DNA from: an uncultured Pelagibacteraceae bacterium
GTDB lineage: Bacteria > Pseudomonadota > Alphaproteobacteria > Pelagibacterales > AG-422-B15
DNA: 64,000 nucleotides
Direction: 5' to 3'
NCBI GenBank assembly: GCA_902519835.1
Contig: CABYLU010000005.1
Location: 5,384 to 69,383, forward strand
Below the pieces are notes generated by a model. It was not told the DNA's origin, searched no databases, and saw only the letters and a program-made list of their open reading frames with translations. Both the position numbers and the translations under genes were made by a program. Positions 17,315 to 27,578 of the stretch are shown here, piece after piece (within the stretch, counting starts at the first letter, position 1; each line of letters starts with the position of its first letter).

Positions 17315-18694
17315 ATGAAGAAATGGTCTGTTAACAGTTGGAGAAATTACGAGGCTAAGCATTTGCCAGAGTATCCAGATGTAAAGAAATTAGAAAAAAC
17401 TGAGGATCAGTTAAGATCTTACCCGCCACTTGTTTTTGCAGGTGAAGCAAGAGATTTAAAAAGGAATCTTGCTAAGGTTTCAGAGGGTAAAGCATTTTTA
17501 TTGCAAGGTGGTGATTGTGCGGAAAGTTTTGATGATTTCAATGCAGATTACATAAGAGATACATTTAAAGTATTATTGCAAATGTCAGTCACATTAACTG
17601 CTGCAGGTAATTGCCCTGTCGTAAAAGTTGGAAGAATGGCAGGTCAATTTGCAAAACCACGAAGTGCGCCTAAAGAAGAAATAAATGGTGTTGAGTTAGA
17701 TAGCTATAAGGGTGACATTATAAATGATATGGACTTTACTGAAGATGCGAGAGTTCCCGACCCTGATCGTATGATCAGAGCCTACACACAATCAGCTGCT
17801 ACGCTTAATTTATTAAGAGCTTTTGCTAAAGGTGGATTTTCAGATTTAAATAAAGTTCATCAATGGAATATGGGATTTGTAGACGAAAGTTCCCAAGGAA
17901 AGAAATTTAGAGAACTAGCGAATAAAATCTCAGATACACTATCTTTTATGGAAGCTATTGGAATTTCTTCAAGAAATACAAAACGTTTAAGAAGCGTTGA
18001 CTTCTTTACAAGTCACGAGGCTTTATTGCTTCCTTATGAAGAATGTCTGACGCGACTTGATAGTACATCAGGTGAAGTTTATGACACATCAGCTCACATG
18101 GTTTGGATTGGTGATCGAACCAGACAGCCTGATGGAGCACATGTAGAATTTTGCAGAGGGATTAAAAATCCAATTGGAATTAAATGTGGACCATCTTTAG
18201 ATCCTGAGGAGTTGAAAAAGCTTCTTGATATTCTCAACCCTGAGAATGAGGCTGGAAAAATAACATTAATTTGTCGATTTGGTTCTGAGACCATAAATGA
18301 AAAGTTACCAAAGCTTATACAGCCGTTTTTAAATTCAGATCACAATTTAGTTTGGTCTTGTGATCCAATGCACGGCAACACCATGAAAGCTAATTCAGGC
18401 TTTAAAACAAGACCATTTGAAAGTATTCTTGAAGAAGTTGAGACATTTTTTGATATTCATCATCAAATGGGAACATACCCAGGTGGAGTTCATTTAGAAA
18501 TGACAGGTCAAAATGTAACTGAATGCATTGGTGGCGCTCAAGCCATTAAGGATGAAGATCTTTCAGCACGATATCATACCCACTGTGACCCAAGGCTGAA
18601 TGCAAATCAAGCACTTGAACTTGCATTTTTAATATCTGACAAGCTCAGAGAGTCCCAAGAACCACATAATTCAAAGATTACGATTGCTAAGTAA
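17315..18694 (+). CDS. 3-deoxy-7-phosphoheptulonate (DAHP) synthase, class II
   Basis: 459 aa. N-terminal [34 protein letters not shown] and DPMHGNT are typical of plant/actinobacterial-type class II AroA. Confidence 0.9.
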   Translation: MKKWSVNSWRNYEAKHLPEYPDVKKLEKTEDQLRSYPPLVFAGEARDLKRNLAKVSEGKAFLLQGGDCAESFDDFNADYIRDTFKVLLQMSVTLTAAGNCPVVKVGRMAGQFAKPRSAPKEEINGVELDSYKGDIINDMDFTEDARVPDPDRMIRAYTQSAATLNLLRAFAKGGFSDLNKVHQWNMGFVDESSQGKKFRELANKISDTLSFMEAIGISSRNTKRLRSVDFFTSHEALLLPYEECLTRLDSTSGEVYDTSAHMVWIGDRTRQPDGAHVEFCRGIKNPIGIKCGPSLDPEELKKLLDILNPENEAGKITLICRFGSETINEKLPKLIQPFLNSDHNLVWSCDPMHGNTMKANSGFKTRPFESILEEVETFFDIHHQMGTYPGGVHLEMTGQNVTECIGGAQAIKDEDLSARYHTHCDPRLNANQALELAFLISDKLRESQEPHNSKITIAK

Positions 18695-18729
18695 TTGCGA
18701 CTAAATTATTTAGTTGTAAGATCAGTCAA

Positions 18730-20379
18730 ATGACAGAAAAAACCTCCATATTAATCGTTCAGTCCAACCCACAAGTGGGAAACATTGATAAGAACAAACA
18801 AATTGTGATTGATCATATTGAAAGCAATAAATCTGACCTCATAATTTTCTCTGAGTTAATGCTCACAGGTTACCCACCAGAAGATTTGGTTTTAAAACCA
18901 GCTTTTATGGAAAAAGTTAACAATGCAATCTCAGATATTTTGAATTGTTCTAAAAATAGTAATTCAACAATAATCATAGGCACTCCTTTTTTGCAAGACA
19001 GCAAACTGTTCAATACAGCTCTAGTAATTAAAAAGGGTAAGATATTACATAAACATCACAAAATGGCTTTACCAAACTATGGAGTATTTGATGAAAAAAG
19101 AATTTTCTCAAATGGAGAGAAAGTCAGCATAATCGAATTCAATGGAATTAAATTAGGTCTATTTATTTGTGAGGACATATGGGTGAACGATACCATTGTT
19201 GAGATTGATAAAAATGAAATTGATTTGGCGGTATCATTAAATGCATCCCCATTTGATATAAATAAAATTGAGGAAAGAGAAAAAAAAGCACTTGATTTTG
19301 CAAACTCCATTGATGCTCCTTTGATTTATGTAAATCAAGTTGGAGGTCAAGATGAGATAGTTTTTGACGGATCATCATTCTTATGTGATCAAAAAAAGGT
19401 AATTTCTAAATTTAAATACTGCGTTGAAGAAAGCAGGGAATATACATTCAATCTCAATACTAAGACTTTTGATATTGAAGAAGAGGCACCTCTCATTAGT
19501 GACAAGCACGATATTGTCTATTCCAATCTTATGCTTGGGCTAAGAGACTATGTTGAAAAAAATAAATTTCCAGGAGTTGTCATTGGCATTTCAGGAGGCA
19601 TAGATAGTGCATTTAGCGCAGTTGTCGCAACCGATGCACTAGGACCTGAAAGAGTAAAAGGCATTTTAATGCCATCTCAGTTTACAAGCGAGGAAAGTAA
19701 TGAGGATGCAAATCAGCTAGGCAAAAAATTAGGTATTGAGTTAATAAGTGTTTCTATAAAAGATATCGTAAATTCATATGATAGCACTCTTTCAAATTTA
19801 TTTGCGGGTAAAGAAAAAGATATTACAGAAGAAAATATCCAATCAAGAACTAGAGGTGCTATTTTGATGGCATATTCAAACAAGTTTGGCCATATGGTAG
19901 TTACTAATGGCAATAAATCAGAGGTGTCGGTTGGATATTCAACTTTATATGGAGATATGTGCGGGGGGTTTTCAGTAGTTAAGGATATTTATAAATCTGA
20001 TTTATATAAACTTTCCGAATGGAGAAACGATAATCTTCCATCATTTTCAGCGATTAAAGTAAAGGAAGTTATTCCTAAAAATATTATAACTAAAGAGCCC
20101 ACTGCAGAACTTAAAGAGGATCAGAAAGATAGCGACTCACTACCGCCCTATGATGTCTTAGATAAAATTTTGTACTTACTTGTTGAAAAAGAAAGTTCAA
20201 TTAACGAGATTATTTCCAAAGGTTATGAGGCAAGCTTGGTTACAAAAGTTCAGAATTTACTCTATAATTCTGAATATAAAAGACGACAAGCAGCTCCGGG
20301 TGTAAAAATTTCAGAGAGAAATTTTGGATATGATAGACGATACCCAATAACAAATGCATTCAGAGATAAGGAAAAATAG
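18730..20379 (+). CDS. nadE: Glutamine-dependent NAD+ synthetase
   Basis: N-terminal CN-hydrolase domain (FSELMLTGYPPEDL, FICEDIW) and C-terminal NAD synthase domain with the PP-loop GISGGIDS. Confidence 0.9.
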   Translation: MTEKTSILIVQSNPQVGNIDKNKQIVIDHIESNKSDLIIFSELMLTGYPPEDLVLKPAFMEKVNNAISDILNCSKNSNSTIIIGTPFLQDSKLFNTALVIKKGKILHKHHKMALPNYGVFDEKRIFSNGEKVSIIEFNGIKLGLFICEDIWVNDTIVEIDKNEIDLAVSLNASPFDINKIEEREKKALDFANSIDAPLIYVNQVGGQDEIVFDGSSFLCDQKKVISKFKYCVEESREYTFNLNTKTFDIEEEAPLISDKHDIVYSNLMLGLRDYVEKNKFPGVVIGISGGIDSAFSAVVATDALGPERVKGILMPSQFTSEESNEDANQLGKKLGIELISVSIKDIVNSYDSTLSNLFAGKEKDITEENIQSRTRGAILMAYSNKFGHMVVTNGNKSEVSVGYSTLYGDMCGGFSVVKDIYKSDLYKLSEWRNDNLPSFSAIKVKEVIPKNIITKEPTAELKEDQKDSDSLPPYDVLDKILYLLVEKESSINEIISKGYEASLVTKVQNLLYNSEYKRRQAAPGVKISERNFGYDRRYPITNAFRDKEK

Positions 20380-21708
20380 ATGACAACGATAACAAGATTT
20401 GCCCCTAGTCCAACAGGATTATTGCACTTGGGTAATATCAGAACAGCCCTCATAAATTGGTTGTATGCTAAAAATAGTGGTGGAAAATTTATTCTTCGAA
20501 TTGATGATACTGATCAAGAGAGGTCAAAAGATGAATACATTTCTCAAATAAAATATGATTTGGAGTGGCTGGGAATAGACTACGATGAGACTTTTAATCA
20601 ATCTTCTAGATTTGAAAGATATAAAGAGCAATTTGAAAAATTAAAATCTGATGGCAGGATATATGCTTGCTATGAAACCCCTGAGGAACTTGAGAGAAAA
20701 AGAAAGCTTCAAATGGCTGCCGGTGGAAAGCAAGTGTATGACCGTTCTGCATTAAAATTAACGGAGCAACAAATAAAAGATTATGAGAATGATGGAAGAA
20801 AACCTCATTGGCGATTTCTTCTTCAAACAGAACGCATGAAATGGAATGATTTATTAAAGGGTGAAATAGATATTGATTTGACAAGCTTATCAGATCCAGT
20901 TTTGTTTCGAGAAGATGGTGTTCCACTCTATACATTCAGTTCTGCTGTAGATGATGTTGATTACAATATTACTAATGTAATTAGAGGTGATGATCACACT
21001 AGCAATACAGCTGTACAAATTGAAATCATAAATGCATTGGATAAAAATAAAATTTCATTTGCGCATCATGCCCTTTTAAAGGCATCTACAGGAGACAAAC
21101 TATCAAAAAGAGACAATGTAATATCGATCGATAGTTTCAGAAAAGATAATATTGAGCCCATCTCAATTCTCAGTTTACTAGCAACAATTGGAACTTCAAA
21201 TTCAATTGAACTAAAGAGTGGGATAAAACAAATCATTGAAGAATTTAAACTTGAGACAATTTCAACTTCACCAGGACGTATCGAAATTGATGTCCTAAAG
21301 GCGCTTAACAAAAAACAAGTTCAAAAATTTGATTATGAGGAAATTCAATCAAGACTTACTGAGATTGATGAAAATGTTGATAAAAAGTTTTGGGATACCA
21401 TAAAAGGTAATCTGGAAACTGTTGAAGAAATATCTTCTTGGACTGACATTGTGTTTAACAGCAAGCCTGCTGAGTCTGATGATAAAGATTATATAAAATT
21501 AGCATTAGAGTTAATGCCAGAGGAACCGTGGGATGATGATACTTGGACCACTTGGACGAATGCCATAAAAGAAAAAACAGGACGCAAGGGCAAAGAATTG
21601 TTTCTTCCGTTGCGAATGGCATTCACAGGACTGACACATGGTCCGGAAATGAAGCTTCTCATACAACTAATTGGTAGAGACAAAATTGTTGAGAGGATAC
21701 AGACTTAA
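20380..21708 (+). CDS. gltX: Glutamate--tRNA ligase
   Basis: RFAPSPTGLLHLGNIRTA (HIGH region) and KLSKR (KMSKS region). Abuts the nadE stop. Confidence 0.92.
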   Translation: MTTITRFAPSPTGLLHLGNIRTALINWLYAKNSGGKFILRIDDTDQERSKDEYISQIKYDLEWLGIDYDETFNQSSRFERYKEQFEKLKSDGRIYACYETPEELERKRKLQMAAGGKQVYDRSALKLTEQQIKDYENDGRKPHWRFLLQTERMKWNDLLKGEIDIDLTSLSDPVLFREDGVPLYTFSSAVDDVDYNITNVIRGDDHTSNTAVQIEIINALDKNKISFAHHALLKASTGDKLSKRDNVISIDSFRKDNIEPISILSLLATIGTSNSIELKSGIKQIIEEFKLETISTSPGRIEIDVLKALNKKQVQKFDYEEIQSRLTEIDENVDKKFWDTIKGNLETVEEISSWTDIVFNSKPAESDDKDYIKLALELMPEEPWDDDTWTTWTNAIKEKTGRKGKELFLPLRMAFTGLTHGPEMKLLIQLIGRDKIVERIQT

Positions 21709-23073
21709 ATGGACTTGATGCTTTACGATACATTTACCAATTCAAAAAAGAAGTTTGAACCAATTGATCCAAATAATGTGCGAATGTACGTCTGTGGGCC
21801 AACTGTTTATGATTATGCTCATGTGGGAAATGCTCGACCAGTTATAGTGTTTGATATTTTATTTCGATTACTCCAAAAAATTTATGGCAGTGAAAATGTA
21901 ACTTATGTAAGAAATATTACTGACGTTGATGATAAAATTATACACGCAGCAAATGATCAAAATGAAGACATTGGAATACTTACAGAAAAGACAATTAATT
22001 ATTTTCATGACGATGCGAAATATATTGGTGCTTTAAATCCTACATTTGAGCCAAGAGCAACCGAACATATACCTGAGATGATCGAATTGATTGAAAAACT
22101 CATATCAAAAGAATTTGCATATGTAGCGGATGGTAATGTTCTTTTTTCTTCAAATAAATTTAAAGAATATGGAAAACTCTCTGGCAAGAATTTAGATGAA
22201 ATGGTTGCTGGTTCGCGTGTAGGTGTAGAAAGTTATAAAAAAGAAGAATCTGACTTTGTATTATGGAAACCTTCAAAAGAAGATGAGCCCAGTTGGAAAA
22301 GTCCATGGGGAGATGGGAGGCCTGGCTGGCACATTGAGTGCTCTGCAATGAGTGAAAAACTTTTAGGGGAAAATTTTGACATTCATGGAGGAGGCCAAGA
22401 TCTAATATTTCCACATCATGAGAATGAAATTGCTCAGAGTGAGTGTGCAAATAATAACAAATTTGCAAATTATTGGGTTCACAATGGCTTTGTCACTGTT
22501 GAAGGTAATAAAATGTCAAAGTCTGATGGTAATTTTGTAACTGTAAATGAGTTAAAAGACAGTTTCCAAGGGGAAGTTATTAGGCTTACCATGATATCAA
22601 CTCACTACAGACAACCTCTGAATTGGACCAAGGATAACCTCAATGAAAGTAAAAAAACATTAGATAAATGGTACACATTTTTGAGCAATTTTAATGATGA
22701 TGAATTAAAAGATGCAAATAATGATAATGAAATTATGGAAACACTGTTGGATGATATGAATACACCTAAAGCTATCAGCGTGCTTCATCAAAAATTTAAA
22801 GACTGCCAATCAGGTGATAAAGGCTTAGTAAGCAATTTTTTATATTCAGCAAATATGCTTGGACTTTTAAACGAAAAACCATCTGAATGGCTTTCCTGGA
22901 AAAAGGAAAATTTAAATATTAATACCGCTCAAGTTGAGTTGCTTATTGCTCAAAGAAATGAGGCACGATCAAACAAGAACTTTGATGACGCTGATAGGAT
23001 CCGAGATGAATTAGACAAAATGGGAGTCATCCTTGAGGATCAAGGCAGCGAAACAACTTGGAAAGTTAAGTAA
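21709..23073 (+). CDS. cysS: Cysteine--tRNA ligase
   Basis: Motifs CGPTVYDYAHVGNARP, GWHIECSAM and KMSKSDGN. Confidence 0.95.
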   Translation: MDLMLYDTFTNSKKKFEPIDPNNVRMYVCGPTVYDYAHVGNARPVIVFDILFRLLQKIYGSENVTYVRNITDVDDKIIHAANDQNEDIGILTEKTINYFHDDAKYIGALNPTFEPRATEHIPEMIELIEKLISKEFAYVADGNVLFSSNKFKEYGKLSGKNLDEMVAGSRVGVESYKKEESDFVLWKPSKEDEPSWKSPWGDGRPGWHIECSAMSEKLLGENFDIHGGGQDLIFPHHENEIAQSECANNNKFANYWVHNGFVTVEGNKMSKSDGNFVTVNELKDSFQGEVIRLTMISTHYRQPLNWTKDNLNESKKTLDKWYTFLSNFNDDELKDANNDNEIMETLLDDMNTPKAISVLHQKFKDCQSGDKGLVSNFLYSANMLGLLNEKPSEWLSWKKENLNINTAQVELLIAQRNEARSNKNFDDADRIRDELDKMGVILEDQGSETTWKVK

Positions 23074-24666
23074 GTGAAAGAAAAATTATACATATTTGAT
23101 ACGACTCTTAGGGACGGAGCTCAAACTTACGGTGTTGATTTTAATGTTGATGAAAAAAAACTTCTCGCAAAAAAATTAGATGAGCTTGGAGTTGACTATA
23201 TTGAGGGTGGATGGCCAGGAGCAAACTCAACTGATACTAAGTTTTTTAATGAAGATTTAAAATTTAAAAACTCTATGTTTACCGCGTTTGGCATGACAAA
23301 AAAATCTGGCCGCAGCGCGGAAAATGATCCTGGTTTGGCTGCAATGATAAACATTAACGCGCCTTCAGCGTGTGTAGTTGGAAAATCTTGGGATTTCCAT
23401 GTTGATCTTGCACTGGGAATTACCAATGAGGAAAATTTAGAAAATATTGGAGAGTCAGTAAAATTTTTAGCCAAAACGAAAAAAGAAGTGCATTTCGATG
23501 CTGAACATTTTTTTGATGGTTACAAATCTAATCCAAAATATGCAATTGAATGTCTTAAAGCTGCAAAGTCAAATGGGGCACGTTGGCTTGTTCTTTGTGA
23601 TACTAATGGAGGAACCCTTCCGCATGAAGTTGAAGATATCGTGTCAAAAGTTTCTAGAGAAATTTCAGGAGATCATCTTGGAATTCATGCACATAATGAC
23701 ACAGGTAATGCAGTCGCCAATACTCTTGCTGCTGTAAGAGCAGGTGCAAGACAGGTTCAGGGTACGATAAATGGTTTAGGTGAAAGGTGTGGAAATGCTA
23801 ATCTAATTACACTATTGCCAACATTTGCTTTTAAAAATGAATTTGAAAACAAATTTGACTTATCGATTAATAAAGAACGACTTAATCTTTTAACCGAGCT
23901 TTCAAGGCTTCTTGATGAAATCTTAAACAGAGTCCCAAATCGAACAGCGCCATACGTTGGCTCTTCTGCTTTTGCACATAAGGGTGGATTACATGTTTCT
24001 GCGGTTAACAAAGATCCAAAGACTTACGAACACATCAATCCTGAACTTGTTGGCAATCTAAGGCAAATTATCATCTCTGAACAATCAGGAAAATCTAATA
24101 TTTTATCAAAGTTAAAATCAGCAGGAATAGAAGTTGATGAAGACGATAAGACAATTCAAAAAATCTTAGATCGAGTAAAAGAAAGAGAATTTAATGGATA
24201 CTCTTACGATGGTGCCGATGCTTCTTTTGAAATTCTTGTTAATAAAGTACTTGGCAAAATGCCAGAATATTTTGAAGTAATTAGTTTTAATGTGAATGTA
24301 CAAAATTCAGGTGAAGAGGGGCAGACCATGTCAGAAGCTTCTGTGAAATTAAAAATTGATGGTGATGAACTGATTGGTACTGGTAAAGGAGTTGGTCCAG
24401 TCAATGCATTGGATAATGCTCTACGAAATAATTTTAAGTCAAGTCGTTATGCTGAGTACATAAACGATTTATCATTAATTGATTATAAGGTTCGAATTCT
24501 CAATACGGGTACCGATGCGATAACTCGAGTTTCAATTGAAAGCTCTGATGCAAATAAGAAAAGTTGGTACACGATAGGTGTTTCAGAAAATATTATCGAA
24601 GCATCCTTTAGAGCGCTTATTGATAGTGTTGAATTTAAATTAGTGAAAGAACAAGTAAAAGTTTAA
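23074..24666 (+). CDS. cimA: Citramalate synthase / 2-isopropylmalate synthase family protein (CimA-like)
   Basis: IFDTTLRDGAQ, GIHAHNDTGNAVANTLAAV and a C-terminal LeuA-dimer regulatory domain. The 530-aa form is typical of CimA. GTG start abuts the cysS stop. Confidence 0.75.
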   Translation: MKEKLYIFDTTLRDGAQTYGVDFNVDEKKLLAKKLDELGVDYIEGGWPGANSTDTKFFNEDLKFKNSMFTAFGMTKKSGRSAENDPGLAAMININAPSACVVGKSWDFHVDLALGITNEENLENIGESVKFLAKTKKEVHFDAEHFFDGYKSNPKYAIECLKAAKSNGARWLVLCDTNGGTLPHEVEDIVSKVSREISGDHLGIHAHNDTGNAVANTLAAVRAGARQVQGTINGLGERCGNANLITLLPTFAFKNEFENKFDLSINKERLNLLTELSRLLDEILNRVPNRTAPYVGSSAFAHKGGLHVSAVNKDPKTYEHINPELVGNLRQIIISEQSGKSNILSKLKSAGIEVDEDDKTIQKILDRVKEREFNGYSYDGADASFEILVNKVLGKMPEYFEVISFNVNVQNSGEEGQTMSEASVKLKIDGDELIGTGKGVGPVNALDNALRNNFKSSRYAEYINDLSLIDYKVRILNTGTDAITRVSIESSDANKKSWYTIGVSENIIEASFRALIDSVEFKLVKEQVKV

Positions 24667-24672
24667 ATTCAA

Positions 24673-25410
24673 ATGAATTTTGATAAAATTTCAATTATTC
24701 TTGTTGATACACAATTACCTGAAAACGTTGGCCTTGTTGCTCGCTCTATGTACAATTTCGGTTTCAATAATTTAAAACTGGTATCGCCTAAACTCGAATG
24801 GCCATCAGAAAAAGCTCTTGCTGTAGCTGTAGATGCTAAGAACATAGTTGAAAATATTAAATTATATAGCTCTCTACGAGAGGCATTGAGTGATACCAAC
24901 TATTCCATTGGCTATACAGCGCGTCTAAGAGATATGAGTAAACAATTTAGTGATAATTCTAAAATTATCAGTGAAATAAAAGAGCAGAAAATTAATGATA
25001 GTATTGGCGTTGTTTTTGGCGGCGAAGCTTCGGGACTTACAAATGATCATTTGTCACTCATAACAAAATGTGTGACTATTGATACGCATGAAAATTTCTC
25101 ATCTCTTAATTTATCTCATGCAGTCAATGTATTTTGTTATTCATTATTTTCTCAAGTATTTAAAACGGAGCAGTTAGTTGATAAGAATTCTGAGCCTCAT
25201 GGAAGTCAGAATGATCTGATGTATTTTTTTGAACATTTAGAAGAAGAGCTTGAATCTAGAGGTTTTTTTCAACCTGAAGAAAAAATGCCAAAAATGAAGC
25301 AAAACCTAAGAAATATCTTTCATCGCGCTGATCTCAGTGAGCGTGAGATTGCAACACTTAGAGGGGTTGTAACAGTGCTTACAGAATATAGAAAAACCAA
25401 GGAAATTTAG
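24673..25410 (+). CDS. trmJ: SpoU/TrmH-family RNA 2'-O-methyltransferase (TrmJ-like)
   Basis: N-terminal [42 protein letters not shown] and NLSHAV. Confidence 0.7.
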   Translation: MNFDKISIILVDTQLPENVGLVARSMYNFGFNNLKLVSPKLEWPSEKALAVAVDAKNIVENIKLYSSLREALSDTNYSIGYTARLRDMSKQFSDNSKIISEIKEQKINDSIGVVFGGEASGLTNDHLSLITKCVTIDTHENFSSLNLSHAVNVFCYSLFSQVFKTEQLVDKNSEPHGSQNDLMYFFEHLEEELESRGFFQPEEKMPKMKQNLRNIFHRADLSEREIATLRGVVTVLTEYRKTKEI

Positions 25411-25419
25411 CTTTCAGGT

Positions 25420-25447
25420 TTGACATTGGTGAGGAAAACAGTATAAA
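25420..25447 (+). promoter_or_regulatory. Promoter-like element TTGACA-16-TATAAA upstream of rpsD
   Basis: TTGACA at 25420-25425 and TATAAA at 25442-25447, 16 nt upstream of the rpsD ATG. Confidence 0.35.
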
Positions 25448-25463
25448 CCACGGATCATCAAAT

Positions 25464-26081
25464 ATGACAAAAAGAGTAGCACAAAAACACAAAATTGACA
25501 GACGTCTGAGTGTTAACCTATGGGGCAGACCAAAAAGCCCATTCAACCTTAGAAAATACAGACCCGGCCAGCATGGACAAAAGCACACAGGTAAATTGTC
25601 TGATTATGGTGTTCAGTTAAATGCCAAACAAAAGTTGAAAGGTTATTATGGAAACCTCAACGAGAGACAATTCCGTAATTGTTATAAAGAAGCTATAAGA
25701 CAAAAAGGCGACTCAGGTGAAAACCTAATTGCTATATTAGAACGCAGACTTGATACTATTGTTTATCGATCAAAGTTTGTACCAACTGTATTTGCTGCTA
25801 GACAATTTATTAATCATGGGCATGTCAAAGTTAATGGAAAAAGAGTGAATATTGCAAGCTGTCTTCTTAAAGAAGGTGATGTTGTCGAAGTCAAAGATAA
25901 ATCTAAAGAGATGGCATTAGTAGTTGAGTCTATGAAAAGTCAGGAAAGAGATATTCCAGGATACATCACAGTTGATGAAAAAAAATGTTCTTCAACTTTT
26001 GTAAGAACACCTCAATTTGCTGAAGTTCCATATGCAACTCAAATGGATCCGAAACTAGTTATCGAGTATTACTCTCGATAA
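25464..26081 (+). CDS. rpsD: 30S ribosomal protein S4
   Basis: [17 protein letters not shown] and an S4 RNA-binding domain ([19 protein letters not shown]). Confidence 0.95.
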   Translation: MTKRVAQKHKIDRRLSVNLWGRPKSPFNLRKYRPGQHGQKHTGKLSDYGVQLNAKQKLKGYYGNLNERQFRNCYKEAIRQKGDSGENLIAILERRLDTIVYRSKFVPTVFAARQFINHGHVKVNGKRVNIASCLLKEGDVVEVKDKSKEMALVVESMKSQERDIPGYITVDEKKCSSTFVRTPQFAEVPYATQMDPKLVIEYYSR

Positions 26082-26088
26082 TATTTAA

Positions 26089-27195
26089 ATGAGTGCATCG
26101 CACTGGTTTTCCAAATCTTATACTGAAGCTAAGAAACGATTTCACGAGTCTGTTAATCAACTGGAGTCACTGGGTCATCAAGTTCAACGTGATAGCTTAT
26201 CATTAGATTTAGTAGGTCCTGATGGAGAGGATCTCACAATAGATATCGCAGTTCTTGGATCTTTAACAAGTAATAAATTATTGTTATATACTTCTGGTAT
26301 ACACGGTGTAGAGGGTTTTGCCGGTTCAGCTATACAACTTTCAGTTATTGATATGTTAAAAAATCAAAAACTAATTGAGGATTATTGCATAATTTTCGTA
26401 CATATCATTAATCCTTTTGGTATGGCTTGGCACCGAAGAGTCAATGAAAACAATGTTGATATGAATAGAAATTTTATTAATACTCATAGCGGTGAGCCTG
26501 ATGGCTACAAAAAAATAGATAAATTTTTAAATCCAAACACGATACCAAAAAAATTTGAATTATCTTTTTATATAGATGGAATAAAATTAATTTTGAAATA
26601 TGGTTTCACTAATTTCAAGCAATGGTTTGCTCAAGGTCAGTATACAAGGCCATGCAGCCTGCAGTATGGAGGTGATAAACTTCAAAAAGGTCCTAAATTA
26701 TTAATTGATTGGTTGAGAAAAAACTTAATAGAAACTCAAATGATATTTGGTATCGATTTGCACACCGGGCTTGGTAAATCTGGTTACGATACTATTTTAA
26801 TTTCAGACCAAATTAATGAAGTTGATTATAAATTGCTACAAAATTTATATGGAAGTCATATAGCACCGTTGGATCCAAATAAGGGGGTGGGCTATCACGT
26901 AACAGGAGACATCCACTCTGGAATTTCATCTGAATTTCCATCTATTAAGTGGCTTACAATTACACAAGAATTTGGAACTTATGGACCTGTAACAGTTTTT
27001 AAAAATTTAAGAGCTGAAAATAGATGGACACAAAATAATAAACTCAATGATCCGTTGGATATTATGGAACATTGGAGTAGAAATAATTTATTACGTACAT
27101 TTAATCCAGACAATAGGAAATGGCATGAAAGTTTAATTGCGCGAGGAAAGATTGTATTTAATAGAGCAGTCGAATATCTTATTTCAATAGACTAA
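26089..27195 (+). CDS. M14-like zinc carboxypeptidase-fold protein (DUF2817-like)
   Basis: HxxE zinc motif in SGIHGVEGFAGS, a later DLHTGLG (candidate third ligand) and NRNF. The family assignment is from memory. Confidence 0.55.
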   Translation: MSASHWFSKSYTEAKKRFHESVNQLESLGHQVQRDSLSLDLVGPDGEDLTIDIAVLGSLTSNKLLLYTSGIHGVEGFAGSAIQLSVIDMLKNQKLIEDYCIIFVHIINPFGMAWHRRVNENNVDMNRNFINTHSGEPDGYKKIDKFLNPNTIPKKFELSFYIDGIKLILKYGFTNFKQWFAQGQYTRPCSLQYGGDKLQKGPKLLIDWLRKNLIETQMIFGIDLHTGLGKSGYDTILISDQINEVDYKLLQNLYGSHIAPLDPNKGVGYHVTGDIHSGISSEFPSIKWLTITQEFGTYGPVTVFKNLRAENRWTQNNKLNDPLDIMEHWSRNNLLRTFNPDNRKWHESLIARGKIVFNRAVEYLISID

Positions 27196-27521
27196 TTGTG
27201 CTCAATTCCTTTTGTATCAAAAACTGATGCTAACTCCCCACTTTTATGCATGTCTAAAATAATATCGCATCCTCCAATAAACTCGCCCTTAATGTAAAGT
27301 TGTGGAATTGTAGGCCAGTTAGTGAAATCTTTTATACCTTGTCTTAGTTCGTCACTTTCCAAAATATTTACGTCTTTATAATTTACGTTCATAAAAGAAA
27401 GAGTATTTACAACAGCATTCGAAAAACCGCATTGAGGCTGGTTCTTTGTCCCTTTCATGAAGAGAACTACATCGTTTTGATCAACAATGTTTTTTATTTC
27501 ATCTTGTACATTATCAGTCAT
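27192..27521 (-). CDS. grxD: Monothiol glutaredoxin (Grx4 family)
   Basis: CGFS active site (PQCGFSN) and WPTIPQLYIKGEFIGGCDI. Confidence 0.9.
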   Translation of the reverse strand: MTDNVQDEIKNIVDQNDVVLFMKGTKNQPQCGFSNAVVNTLSFMNVNYKDVNILESDELRQGIKDFTNWPTIPQLYIKGEFIGGCDIILDMHKSGELASVFDTKGIEHN

Positions 27522-27578
27522 GAATGAAGAATTAACTGCTTTTTATAATTATTCAATAATAATTTTGAGTCCTTTAGG

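Noticed and set aside
18695-18729. The 15-bp palindrome ACTAAATtATTTAGT between the DAHP synthase gene and nadE, and a similar TAGACTaAGTCTA at 43488-43500.
   Set aside because: The 1-nt centres preclude RNA hairpins. Short A/T palindromes are expected by chance at this base composition, and there is no supporting context.
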